Shown here in pieces: positions 49,243-59,186 of a DNA stretch of 64,000 nucleotides. The position numbers and the translations under genes were made by a program. Source of the DNA: Bacteroidia bacterium. GTDB taxonomy: Bacteria > Bacteroidota > Bacteroidia > JAIBAJ01. The first letter of the stretch is position 1, and each line of letters opens with the position of its first letter. The notes under the pieces are model-generated. The model was not told the DNA's origin. It worked only from the letters and a program-made list of their open reading frames with translations, and did no database searches. The stretch is from the NCBI GenBank assembly GCA_019695265.1, contig JAIBAJ010000001.1, positions 34,347-98,346 on the forward strand, written 5' to 3'.

Positions 49243-50709
49243 TTGGCCACAATGAAAACAAAACTACTTTCGTTAGAACCTAAGCTCATTTGTATGCAAC
49301 CGACAGGCAAACTTCCCATATGGATTTTCAACCATCTTAAACCTGTTGGGCTTTCCCTGCTTTTTTCCGGTCTACTCCTCTCTTCCTTCGCTCAACAAAA
49401 AAAGGAAGTCCAACCTCCTTTAACACGTATTCTATTTGTTTTCGACGCCTCACAAAGCATGTACGGTCGCTGGCAAACCGGCGTTAAAATGGAAGTAGCT
49501 AAAAAACTCCTTTCCAACCTTTTGGATAGCCTTGCACGAGTAGACAATCTGCAACTGGCATTGCGTTGCTACGGACACCAAAGCAAATTCCCACCCCAGG
49601 ATTGCAAAGACACCAAATTGGAAGTCCCCTTTGGACCCAATACTGCACCTAAAATAAAAAACAGAATCATGCAATTGGTTCCTTCCGGCACAACACCAAT
49701 TGCCTACAGTCTCGAAAAGGCCGCCAATGACTTTACCCCTTGTGGAAATTGCCGGAATATTATTATTCTTATAACCGACGGTATCGAAGAATGCAACGGT
49801 GATCCTTGTGCCGTTTCCGCAGCTTTGCAAAAAAACGGAATCATCCTCAAACCTTTTGTAATCGGCGTAGGATTGGGAGTCGACATTAAAAAACAATTTG
49901 AATGTGTCGGAAATTTTTACGATGCTTCCAACGAAGAACAATTCCGGACGGTTTTGAATGTGGTCATTTCCCAAGCATTGAATAGCACCACCATGCAGGT
50001 TAACTTGTTAGATATCGCAGGCAAACCAACCGAAACCAATGTGGATATGACCTTTTATGACGAATTTTCCGGACGAATCCGCTACAACTTTGTACATACG
50101 CTCAACCACAAAGGCAATCCAGATACCCTGCAAGTGGACCCTTTAGGTTCTTACAAAATAGTTGTCCATACTATTCCTCCGGTCGAAAAAGACAGCATTA
50201 TCTTAATTCCCGGAAAGCATACCGTGGTTGGAATTGATGCGCCTCAAGGTTTCTTGGTACTCAAAACAAGCGGCCACAGCGAATACAAAAACCTCCAGGC
50301 CATTGTTCGAAAAAAAGGGGATACCAAAACCTTATTAGTCATGCCTTTCGATGAGGTAGAAAAGCTTATCGTAGGCGAATACGACCTGGAGATATTAACC
50401 TTGCCCCGCTTGTATATCAATGATGTTCAAATAACCCAAAGCCATACTACAACCGTTTCTATCCCACAAGCCGGAATTGCCAATATACTTAAAAAAGGAC
50501 CAGGCTACGGAAACATTTGTTTAGAAGAAAACAATGAGTTGAAAAATATTTACAACTTAAAAGAGAATAACATCCAAGAAAATGTTGTTTTGCAACCTGG
50601 AAGGTACCGCATATTTTTCCGTCCAAAAGGCTCAAAAGAATCAATTTACACCCTTGAAAAACAGGTTAAAATTGAATCGGGCAGTTCGGTCAATGTGCAA
50701 TTGTACTAA
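49243..50709 (+). CDS. von Willebrand factor type A (vWA) domain protein with C-terminal domain of unknown function
   Basis: MIDAS motifs DASQS ... SGTTPI ... ITDG within ILFVFDASQSMYG...IIILITDGIEECNGDPC. The ~250 C-terminal residues are uncharacterised. Confidence 0.65.
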   Translation: MATMKTKLLSLEPKLICMQPTGKLPIWIFNHLKPVGLSLLFSGLLLSSFAQQKKEVQPPLTRILFVFDASQSMYGRWQTGVKMEVAKKLLSNLLDSLARVDNLQLALRCYGHQSKFPPQDCKDTKLEVPFGPNTAPKIKNRIMQLVPSGTTPIAYSLEKAANDFTPCGNCRNIIILITDGIEECNGDPCAVSAALQKNGIILKPFVIGVGLGVDIKKQFECVGNFYDASNEEQFRTVLNVVISQALNSTTMQVNLLDIAGKPTETNVDMTFYDEFSGRIRYNFVHTLNHKGNPDTLQVDPLGSYKIVVHTIPPVEKDSIILIPGKHTVVGIDAPQGFLVLKTSGHSEYKNLQAIVRKKGDTKTLLVMPFDEVEKLIVGEYDLEILTLPRLYINDVQITQSHTTTVSIPQAGIANILKKGPGYGNICLEENNELKNIYNLKENNIQENVVLQPGRYRIFFRPKGSKESIYTLEKQVKIESGSSVNVQLY

Positions 50710-50730
50710 AACTCCTAAAACCCGGTTTGC

Positions 50731-51684
50731 ATGAACATAACAAAATACTCCGAAGATAAAGACACCCGCAGTGGGTTTGGTGAAGGACTCTTAGAATTGG
50801 GAAGAACCAATCCCAATGTAGTTGCCCTTTGCGCCGATTTAACAGGCTCCCTTAAAATGGATGCTTTTGAAAAAGAATTTCCTGACCGCTTTTTTCAGGT
50901 AGGAATTGCAGAAGCCAATATGATTGGAATTGCTGCCGGAATGACCATTGGTGGTAAAATTCCATTTACAGGAACATTTGCTAATTTTAGCACCGGCAGG
51001 GTATATGACCAAATACGTCAATCGGTTGCATACAGCGGAAAAAATGTGAAAATTTGCGCCTCACATGCAGGCTTAACCCTTGGAGAAGATGGTGCAACCC
51101 ACCAAATTTTGGAAGATATCGGCTTAATGAAAATGCTGCCCGGCATGGCCGTTATTAACCCTTGCGACTTCAACCAAACCAAAGCGGCTACTATTGCCAT
51201 CGCTGAATACGATGGCCCTGTTTACCTCCGATTTGGCCGACCTAAAATCGCCAACATTACCCCTCCTGACCAAAAATTTGAAATAGGTAAAGCAGTCCTG
51301 CTTAAAGAAGGTAAGGATGTTTCCATTTTCTGCACAGGACACCTCGTAATTAAGGCTGTAATGGCCGAAGAAATTCTCGCAGCAAAAGGTATTAATGCCG
51401 AAATTATTAATATTCATACCATCAAACCGCTGGATGAAGATGCCATTCTAAAAAGTATTGCCAAAACCGGTTGTGCCGTTAGCTGCGAAGAACATCAAAT
51501 GGCCGGTGGTTTAGGCGATAGCATTGCCCAGGTTTTGGCTAAAAACAACCCTAAACCATTGGAATATGTAGCGGTAAATGATTCATTCGGTGAAAGTGGC
51601 ACTCCGGATGAACTAATGGCTAAATATGGTTTGGAAGTTAAAAACATTGTGGAGGCCGTAGAAAAAGCCTTGGCTCGTAAATAA
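50731..51684 (+). CDS. Transketolase, C-terminal subunit (pyrimidine-binding + C-terminal domains)
   Basis: GFGEGLLELG...NVVALCADLTGS...FFQVGIAEANMIGIAAGM is the Transket_pyr signature. 317 aa is the typical length for the split-transketolase B subunit. Confidence 0.8.
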   Translation: MNITKYSEDKDTRSGFGEGLLELGRTNPNVVALCADLTGSLKMDAFEKEFPDRFFQVGIAEANMIGIAAGMTIGGKIPFTGTFANFSTGRVYDQIRQSVAYSGKNVKICASHAGLTLGEDGATHQILEDIGLMKMLPGMAVINPCDFNQTKAATIAIAEYDGPVYLRFGRPKIANITPPDQKFEIGKAVLLKEGKDVSIFCTGHLVIKAVMAEEILAAKGINAEIINIHTIKPLDEDAILKSIAKTGCAVSCEEHQMAGGLGDSIAQVLAKNNPKPLEYVAVNDSFGESGTPDELMAKYGLEVKNIVEAVEKALARK

Positions 51685-51704
51685 GTTCAATACCTCTTCC
51701 GGTT

Positions 51705-52724
51705 ATGAATGAAATCTCCCGAAAAAAGCCGGCATTCCCAATTCATCCTTCCTTTAGGAATTACCTGGAACAATACGGCAGGGAAAACGATTTGCCTGTA
51801 AATTACCACCACCTCGAAGATTGGGAACTTTCGGTGCCCCTTTTAGATAAAATAGGTAATGACACGCTTTGGGAAACGGTTTTCTTTAACCCGGAAAAAA
51901 CAAAATGGCTAAATGCCGGACTTACCAGCATTTATGCCCTTTTAAAGACCGAAGGCGATGTAGATGTTATGGAACATCTGCAAGTGGAACGTATCGACTA
52001 TTGCACGTTCGGAAATAGCAATCCTTTCCGTATCCGCATCATCAACCGATTAAACGACAATTACGATTACTTCTATGTAAAAAAGGCCGATGCCTCCCGC
52101 GTCTATGGTTTGGAATTAGAACACCTATTGTCGCCCAACCGAATGAGCTACATCACCGACGATAACACCTTAATCGAAGAACATGTAGCAGGAATTCCCG
52201 GCGATAGCTTTATGCGGGATTATATGCACCAACGACCTACCAACCGGGTTAGATTGGCTAAGGAGTTTGTTAAATTCAACGAACGTTGCTTTGTCCGATT
52301 GCTTGGCGATATGCGAGCTTACAACTATGTTATCGATATCACCCCCGATTTCGATGATTTGCAATACCGAATTCGTGCCATCGATTTTGACCAACAAAGT
52401 TATGAGGGCCGAAAAAACCTCTATTTGCCTCAATTCTTCAAAGAAAACAAACCCATTGTCGATCTATGCATCGAACTCCTAACCTTTGAAAGCTTTCAAC
52501 AATACCAAAAAGAAGAGCGAAGCGCTATTGCTCGAAGGTTTAAGGCCGAAAAAGAAAAGTTGGAACAATTACTATTAGTCATGTCAAAGGACGAAATTAG
52601 TACCGAGGAAAAGGTGAAATCACTAGCTTCGGAATTGGGTGAATATTACCAATCTTCTGCTTTTGCTCAAGCCAAAACCATGGGGGATTTACTCTTGTTG
52701 AGTTTAACCCAAAACCAACATTAA
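51705..52724 (+). CDS. Hypothetical protein with protein-kinase-like catalytic motifs
   Basis: 339 aa. LLGDMRAYNYVIDI has the D-x4-N spacing of a kinase catalytic loop. RIRAIDFDQ is DFG-like. Confidence 0.45.
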   Translation: MNEISRKKPAFPIHPSFRNYLEQYGRENDLPVNYHHLEDWELSVPLLDKIGNDTLWETVFFNPEKTKWLNAGLTSIYALLKTEGDVDVMEHLQVERIDYCTFGNSNPFRIRIINRLNDNYDYFYVKKADASRVYGLELEHLLSPNRMSYITDDNTLIEEHVAGIPGDSFMRDYMHQRPTNRVRLAKEFVKFNERCFVRLLGDMRAYNYVIDITPDFDDLQYRIRAIDFDQQSYEGRKNLYLPQFFKENKPIVDLCIELLTFESFQQYQKEERSAIARRFKAEKEKLEQLLLVMSKDEISTEEKVKSLASELGEYYQSSAFAQAKTMGDLLLLSLTQNQH

Positions 52725-52727
52725 TTC

Positions 52728-53261
52728 CTACCTTTCAAAAAAACTAAAGTTCACCTTTCCGTAATTTCTATGCTCCCGAAAATTGGGATGTTTAGAAAAA
52801 TCAACCCGGCCGGGATGCTCCAATAGCAGGATTCCTCCTTCTGATAACAAGTTTGTAGAAAATAGTGCATCCGGTATACTATCCAACTTTTCCAAATCAT
52901 ATGGAGGATCACAAAAAATCAAATCAAAACTACCCGAATACGTTTTAATAAAACCAAACACATCTGCTTTGTTGGCCGACAAACCTTGTATTGCCAATTT
53001 CTCCGCGGTTTCTTTGATGAATCGTATGCAACCAAAATCTTTATCTACCGCCACCACTTTTGGGCAACCCCTGCTGCTGAATTCAAACGATATGCTACCG
53101 GTACCGGCAAACAAATCCAAAACCTTACACTCTTCAAAATCTATGCGATTGCTCAGGATATTGAACAATGCTGTTTTGGCAAAATCGGTGGTAGGCCTAA
53201 CAGGCAAACCCTTTGGTGGATGAAGAATCCTACCCTTCAATTGTCCGGCTATGATGCGCAA
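52728..53261 (-). CDS. rsmD: 16S rRNA (guanine966-N2)-methyltransferase
   Basis: MRIIAGQLKGRIL..P...RPTTDFAKTALFNIL, LDLFAGTGSISFE and DPPY are RsmD signatures. Confidence 0.85.
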   Translation of the reverse strand: MRIIAGQLKGRILHPPKGLPVRPTTDFAKTALFNILSNRIDFEECKVLDLFAGTGSISFEFSSRGCPKVVAVDKDFGCIRFIKETAEKLAIQGLSANKADVFGFIKTYSGSFDLIFCDPPYDLEKLDSIPDALFSTNLLSEGGILLLEHPGRVDFSKHPNFREHRNYGKVNFSFFER

Positions 53262-54100
53262 TGATATAAGGAATAAAGAGTTGAATAACGGTATTGGGCC
53301 GACCCACTTAAGGCTTGTGCTAAGGAATAACCTTGGTACTTTTCTTGGATTTCGACCTGGAATATATACTTCCTCATTAGTGTTAATAGTTCACCGCCAG
53401 GCTCAATTTCACCAGACACTAATGCGTGAACCTTTAGCGGATCCAACTGGTTTTGCTGTATCGCAAATAATATAAAATAAACAGCCTCCTCTATCGAACG
53501 AAATGGGAATATATTGTAAAAAACCAAGGAAGAAGAATCAAAGATGGCTAAAAAAACATAGGCATCCAACACTGCCATCCGAATGCTGCATCCATCCAAT
53601 CGTGCTTGTTGCAAAAACACTTGAGAAACGGAAAACTTATTAGGCGACTTTTGGGCTGCCCACTTAACCAATTCATTCGGAATGGCTTGAATAATTTCGG
53701 CATCCATTCCCGGCACCGGAAACTTTTGCAAACCTTCGTCGGGTTTGGCAGAAAAATGATGCTTTGTTAAACTCAAGGCATCTATTTCACGAGCAAAAAC
53801 GGATGGGACCAGCAAGGACTTTTCTGAACAAAAGGCAATTTTGATAGAATCATAGGACAAGCCTAACCAAGCCTCTTCCTTTTCCAAAACCCTCAGCAAT
53901 TCAGGAAAATCATAAAATTGATGAATTCCGGAACTATACTCCTTTACACCCAGGTAACAAAGTCTGGATTTATCCAATACGGCCAATTGCACCCGACTTG
54001 GGCATATTAATACCGACAAGTGGTAAGCACTTGCAGCCGCAGCAGTATAAGATTGATCTACGGCCTCATATAACAGATTACATGCAATTCTGGATTCCAA
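53249..54100 (-). CDS. DUF3822-family protein
   Basis: 283 aa. It is the conserved partner gene upstream of rsmD in Bacteroidota and overlaps the rsmD start by 13 bp. Confidence 0.5.
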   Translation of the reverse strand: MESRIACNLLYEAVDQSYTAAAASAYHLSVLICPSRVQLAVLDKSRLCYLGVKEYSSGIHQFYDFPELLRVLEKEEAWLGLSYDSIKIAFCSEKSLLVPSVFAREIDALSLTKHHFSAKPDEGLQKFPVPGMDAEIIQAIPNELVKWAAQKSPNKFSVSQVFLQQARLDGCSIRMAVLDAYVFLAIFDSSSLVFYNIFPFRSIEEAVYFILFAIQQNQLDPLKVHALVSGEIEPGGELLTLMRKYIFQVEIQEKYQGYSLAQALSGSAQYRYSTLYSLYHCAS

Positions 54101-54269
54101 GGTCTCACAAAGGTAATACCGATTGATTATGTAGTATCGACCAAAAATTTAAGCTAGTCAAAAACAATGGAAGCCATATTGGATTAGCCAATAGGGCAGT
54201 TACTTAATGAACATGGGTATAACAGAAAAAACCAACAAGCCAAGCTAAACCATTACCAGCCAGCTTAGA

Positions 54270-54803
54270 TTAGAAGCTAATGGTAATAAATCCGCTGGTT
54301 TGCAAAGGCGCAGTTGGAACATTATCGAACTTCACACTCTCAGCGGCTTGCTTGGCTTTGGTATACAAGTAGTTACTGGTGGTAGTAGAACCGGCTGCTC
54401 CAGGTTCTGCTTTCATTACATTACCATACTTATCTATAGTAATTGCAACCACCACAACCCCTGTTTCTTGCGTGCCGTTGGTAATCTTTGGAGGCGTTTT
54501 GATAGTTCTGCCTGCCATCACATATTTTACAGAATACGTACCGGCCTGTACCGTTTTTTCTTCAGCGTTTCCGGAAGAAGTAGATACAGTATTGCTTGAA
54601 ACAGGTTCATCTAAATTAATTAATTTGATACTACCCAATGGCCAGGAATTGATGGTACCATTGATCATAAACTTGGCCTCATCGTTGGCAACTGATACCA
54701 ATCGACCTTTTTTTACTTCTCCTGATTTAAGAGTTACCGAATGCTGGGCTATTGCAAATACCGGGGCAAACAGGGAAACAAGTACACTTAACTTTCTCAT
54801 CAT
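54270..54803 (-). CDS. Secreted protein with TonB C-terminal-like domain
   Basis: Signal peptide. The C-terminal ~80 aa (GVVVVAITIDKYGNVMKAEP...YLYTKAKQAAESVKFDNVP...SGFITISF) resemble the TonB_C fold. Confidence 0.4.
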   Translation of the reverse strand: MMRKLSVLVSLFAPVFAIAQHSVTLKSGEVKKGRLVSVANDEAKFMINGTINSWPLGSIKLINLDEPVSSNTVSTSSGNAEEKTVQAGTYSVKYVMAGRTIKTPPKITNGTQETGVVVVAITIDKYGNVMKAEPGAAGSTTTSNYLYTKAKQAAESVKFDNVPTAPLQTSGFITISF

Positions 54804-54901
54804 TTTATTTTCTCAAAAATAGGCTTTGAACCAGATAAAAATAAAACAGTCCGGTGAAGAAGTATCAACCGGACTGTGTTTATTTAGCTTTTACGCTGGA
54901 A

Positions 54902-56719
54902 CTATCCATTCATGGAAATTAAGAATTCTTCGTTGGAACGAGAATCTTTTATCCGATCCCTTACAAATTCCATTGCTTCCAATGGTGTCATATCTGACAA
55001 ATGGTTTCGCAATACCCAAATTTTTTGCAGCATTTCCTTACCCACTAATAAATCATCGCGGCGTGTGCTAGACGATACAATATCAATTGCAGGGTAAATA
55101 CGTTTGTTGGAGATTCGACGATCCAATTGTAATTCCATGTTACCGGTACCTTTAAACTCTTCAAAAATTACCTCATCCATTTTAGAACCGGTATCAATCA
55201 AGGCGGTAGCGATGATGGTTAAGGAACCACCGTTTTCAATTTTTCGGGCCGACCCAAAAAAACGTTTAGGCTTTTGAAGTGCATTAGCCTCCACCCCACC
55301 CGATAATACTTTTCCGGAAGCCGGAGCTACGGTGTTGTATGCACGAGCCAATCGAGTGATACTGTCGAGCAAAATCACCACATCGTGGCCCACTTCCACC
55401 AAGCGTTTGGCCTTTTCTAATACGATATTGGCAATTTTTACATGCCTATCAGCCGGTTCATCGAAAGTAGAAGATATTACTTCGGCATTCACACTTCTAG
55501 CCATATCGGTAACCTCCTCCGGCCTTTCATCAATCAGCAGAATAATTAAATATACTTCCGGATGATTAGCTGCTATAGCATTGGCTACATCCTTCAACAA
55601 AACTGTTTTACCGGTTTTTGGCTGAGCCACAATAAGACCTCTTTGGCCTTTTCCAATTGGGGCAAACAAATCCATGATACGGGTACTGATATTTCCCGCA
55701 GGTCCGGTTAAATTCAGTTTTTCATCCGGGAACAAAGGAGTTAAAAAATCGAAAGGAACACGATCCCGTACATTTTGTGGTTCGCGTCCATTGATAAATT
55801 CTACCTTTATTAACGGGAAGTACTTTTCTCCTTCACGCGGAGGACGCACTGTACCTTGCACGGTGTCCCCAGTTTTTAAGCCAAATAATTTAATCTGGCT
55901 TTGACTAACATACACATCATCCGGAGAACTTAAATAATTATAGTCAGAAGAGCGAAGGAAACCATAACCATCCGGCATAATTTCTAAAACCCCTTCAGTT
56001 GATACAATACCATCAAAATTATAAAGCAACTCATCAATTTGCTGCTTGCGATCTTTTTGAGGGAAAGCTTGCTGATACGCTGCATTTCTGCCTCCTGCAA
56101 TAGCTTGAGGATTACCCGAATTTTGTGCAACAGGTTGAGCTTGGCTTGTTGCTCCCTGATTTTGACCTTGATTTTGACCTTGATTATCGTTTCTGTCGTA
56201 CCGTTGACGAGGATACCTTTCTCTGCGTTGATACCCTTGACCCTCTGCAGATGCCGGAACTTCCGGAGCAACTGCCGGTTTCTCTTCAACACCTTCAGCG
56301 CTTGGAGAAACAGCATTTTCAACCGGAGTTTTTACCTCTTGCACGGGCTCAACCACCTCTGCCACCGGAGCTTCGGAAACAGGTATAATTTCCACCTCTT
56401 CCAATACAGGTTTAGTTGGTTCTTCAGCAAACAAATCCTTAGGCACAACAGGTTCCGGAGTTGATACTGCCGGTTCTGATTTGCGGGGACGTTTTGCCTT
56501 TGACTTTGCAACTTCTTCGGCTACCGGAGTCGCAGCCTTTTCCGCTTTTACCGGTTCTGCTTCTGCCTTATGCTTTTTAGGCTGTTTTTTCCATTCATGT
56601 ATGGCATCGATTAATTCTTGCTTACGCATAATTTCGAAACCTTCTATACCTGATTCTTTGGCAATTTTCTTTAAATCGGCCACCATCATGTTGGCCATAG
56701 CATCCAAACTAAAATCCAT
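54902..56719 (-). CDS. rho: Transcription termination factor Rho (with Bacteroidota-type N-terminal insertion)
   Basis: Rho_N region, then a low-complexity insertion of about 200 aa. The ATPase core has the Walker A motif QPKTGKT and the RecA-like Q- and R-loop motifs. 605 aa. Confidence 0.92.
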   Translation of the reverse strand: MDFSLDAMANMMVADLKKIAKESGIEGFEIMRKQELIDAIHEWKKQPKKHKAEAEPVKAEKAATPVAEEVAKSKAKRPRKSEPAVSTPEPVVPKDLFAEEPTKPVLEEVEIIPVSEAPVAEVVEPVQEVKTPVENAVSPSAEGVEEKPAVAPEVPASAEGQGYQRRERYPRQRYDRNDNQGQNQGQNQGATSQAQPVAQNSGNPQAIAGGRNAAYQQAFPQKDRKQQIDELLYNFDGIVSTEGVLEIMPDGYGFLRSSDYNYLSSPDDVYVSQSQIKLFGLKTGDTVQGTVRPPREGEKYFPLIKVEFINGREPQNVRDRVPFDFLTPLFPDEKLNLTGPAGNISTRIMDLFAPIGKGQRGLIVAQPKTGKTVLLKDVANAIAANHPEVYLIILLIDERPEEVTDMARSVNAEVISSTFDEPADRHVKIANIVLEKAKRLVEVGHDVVILLDSITRLARAYNTVAPASGKVLSGGVEANALQKPKRFFGSARKIENGGSLTIIATALIDTGSKMDEVIFEEFKGTGNMELQLDRRISNKRIYPAIDIVSSSTRRDDLLVGKEMLQKIWVLRNHLSDMTPLEAMEFVRDRIKDSRSNEEFLISMNG

Positions 56720-57247
56720 CCAGAAAAAATATTTTGATTAAAGACACAAAAACTGTGTGGGTAGTGATAAACTAAAGGAATAAGTGAAAAAATTGATTTA
56801 GCGACGTGCTAACTGATTCAGCGAATCGGCCGCAATATTACAACAAAATTCTAAACCACAAAATTTCTTTTGGAATATCCACCAAATGCCAAAACATACT
56901 ACTACCTTTTCTGCATAAGTTCAAATGAAATGGAATGTTAAAGGACTGTTTACAACTTGTCTATTCGCTTTTGAATTCCTTTTCAGAAAGAATAACCGGG
57001 CAATTACCCATACTGCCATTTTCAACCTGGTACTAATTCTAACCGTCAGGCTCTTTTTGAACTAAACCAAAATTAGAAGGGCGGTAACCCACATTCACCG
57101 GAAAAACATAGACACCATCAACCCGAAAAATCATTTTCATACTATTTAAATTGCTAAAATTCAACAACTTAATCTCAAAAATCCGCCAATTACTTCTTGC
57201 TGAGTCGAATCAGTTTTCAATTCCCAGGATTTCTCTAATTTCGCTGC

Positions 57248-57700
57248 ATGATTCAAAGGATTCAAAGCATCTTTTTAGGCATTGCCGCCCTTTTCTTACT
57301 TTCTACCGTTTTTTTACCTGTTGCTGATATGATTCGAGATGGTCAAACCATGGGTATTATGTTGTCGGGGTTGGTTGACGAAGAAACCGGCCTCTTTGAA
57401 CAAAACCTTTGGCAACCAACCCTCTGCTTTCTGTCTGCATTTTTGGCCATAGCAACCATTTTTATGTATACGGATCGCGATCGTCAAATGCGAATTACCA
57501 AACTAAACCTGGTTCTGGCTTTCATTTTATCAATTACTACCCCCCTGATGGCCAGAATGGAAATTTTAAAAGATACTGATTTAGTCGTATTTAAATTTCC
57601 GGTGGTTTTCCCGGCAGTGGCAGTCATTTTATTGTATTTAGCTTTAAGAGCTATAAAAAAGGATGATGATCTAGTTAAATCAGCCGATCGCTTGAGATAA
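57248..57700 (+). CDS. DUF4293-family membrane protein
   Basis: 150 aa with 4 TM helices. It is the conserved neighbour divergent from rho in Bacteroidota. Confidence 0.55.
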   Translation: MIQRIQSIFLGIAALFLLSTVFLPVADMIRDGQTMGIMLSGLVDEETGLFEQNLWQPTLCFLSAFLAIATIFMYTDRDRQMRITKLNLVLAFILSITTPLMARMEILKDTDLVVFKFPVVFPAVAVILLYLALRAIKKDDDLVKSADRLR

Positions 57701-57709
57701 TTATTACCC

Positions 57710-58912
57710 GTGCGTATTCTCCAAATTTGTTCCAAACCACCTTATCCGGCAGTTGATGGTGGTTGTGTTACTTCCATCTCCCTTGCAAATTCCCTTTTAG
57801 GCAATGGACATTCGCTTAAACTGTTTTGCCTATCAACCTTTAAACACCCTTACCTGCCTGAACAATTTCCACCTCAGTTTTTAACTGAAACAGATTTAGA
57901 ATGTGTTCCGGTTGAAATTGAGGTAAAAATTTTCCCGGCTCTGCTAAGTCTATTTGATAGCGGAAGTTACAATGTTGACCGTTTCTTTTCACCACTGGCC
58001 GACCAAACACTGATTCGGATTATTACTGAAGAAAATTTTGATTGCATAATTCTGGATGGACTTTATTCATCGGTTTACCTGCAAGGTTTGCAATATTATT
58101 CCAAGGCAAAAATTATTCTGCGTCAGCACAACATCGAATTTATGGTGTGGAAGACCCTTGCAGAAAAAGAAAAAAACCCAGTTAAAAAGTACTTTTTCCA
58201 GCACTTGTCTCAAAAGCTTGAAAAATACGAACATTCCATCCTCAAGGAGGTAGATGCCGTTATAGGAATCTCAAAGGAAGAAACGGATGTTTTCCATTCT
58301 TTAACCGAAAAACCTTGTTATTGGATTCCTACCGGCATGAAAACCGGAAAACATTTGCCCAACTACAACCAAGTAGCTTGCCAATTTGTTGGAAGCATGG
58401 ATTGGACACCCAATAGCGAAGGCGTGTTGTGGTTTTTAAACGAAATATGGCCATTGCTCTTGGCAAAACTACCTCAAGCTCAGTTTTTTTTGGCGGGAAG
58501 AAGCATGCCCTCAGCCATTCAAAACATCGACTTACCCGGATTTGAAAAACTGGGTTACGTTGAAAACCTGGATGAATTTTGGAGAAAATCGGGAGTTTTA
58601 GTTGCGCCTTTGTTATCGGGGGGAGGTTTAAAAATTAAGATTATCGAAGCCATGATGCATGGCTTGGCAGTTGTTACAACACCACACGGGGCTGAAGGAT
58701 TGCCCGGTTTACCCGGAAAAGATTACTTAGTTGCTGAAAATGCAAAGGATTTTGTGGAAATTTTGTCAAGGCTTTTGCCCGATGTTACTCAAAAAGAAAC
58801 ACTTGGAAAAAATGCTCGATGTTTGGCCCAACAGCATTTTGGAGAAAAAGAAATAGGCGACAAATGGAACCGAGTGGTACTCGAAACTTGTTACAACACC
58901 CCCACCGGTTAA
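57710..58912 (+). CDS. Glycosyltransferase family 4 (GT-B fold)
   Basis: The C-terminal region (GGGLKIKIIEAMMHGLAVVTTPHGAEG, E-x7-E-like) is typical of GT4/GT1. Confidence 0.7.
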   Translation: MRILQICSKPPYPAVDGGCVTSISLANSLLGNGHSLKLFCLSTFKHPYLPEQFPPQFLTETDLECVPVEIEVKIFPALLSLFDSGSYNVDRFFSPLADQTLIRIITEENFDCIILDGLYSSVYLQGLQYYSKAKIILRQHNIEFMVWKTLAEKEKNPVKKYFFQHLSQKLEKYEHSILKEVDAVIGISKEETDVFHSLTEKPCYWIPTGMKTGKHLPNYNQVACQFVGSMDWTPNSEGVLWFLNEIWPLLLAKLPQAQFFLAGRSMPSAIQNIDLPGFEKLGYVENLDEFWRKSGVLVAPLLSGGGLKIKIIEAMMHGLAVVTTPHGAEGLPGLPGKDYLVAENAKDFVEILSRLLPDVTQKETLGKNARCLAQQHFGEKEIGDKWNRVVLETCYNTPTG

Positions 58913-58943
58913 CAACCCAAGATTGCTTTCTTGCAGGATTTTT

Positions 58944-59084
58944 GGGGCTTGTCCGGGTAGGGATAGGAGTGGATAGCCCACAGCCCCAAACACTTTTGGG
59001 GCGAGGACTAGGAACGGATAGCCCGGGCCTGAGCCAATAAAAACTAGTAACCATCTGTTAACCCTATGCGAAGGCACCCGCATA
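58944..59084 (-). repeat. Family-1b repeat, copy G
   Basis: The reverse complement (TATGCGGGTGCCTTCGCAT...GGCTCAGGCCCGGGCTATCCGTTCCTAGTCCTCGCCCC...CTGTGGGCTATCCACTCCTATCCCTACCCGG) aligns with copy D. Confidence 0.8.
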
Positions 59085-59186
59085 AAAACTTGAACTGAAA
59101 TTTTACTCCTGCTTTGTACAAATCCTTTCACGAAAGCGAAACCAAACTATTCCCTGTTTCCTTCATTATTTCTATCTTTGCCCCTA

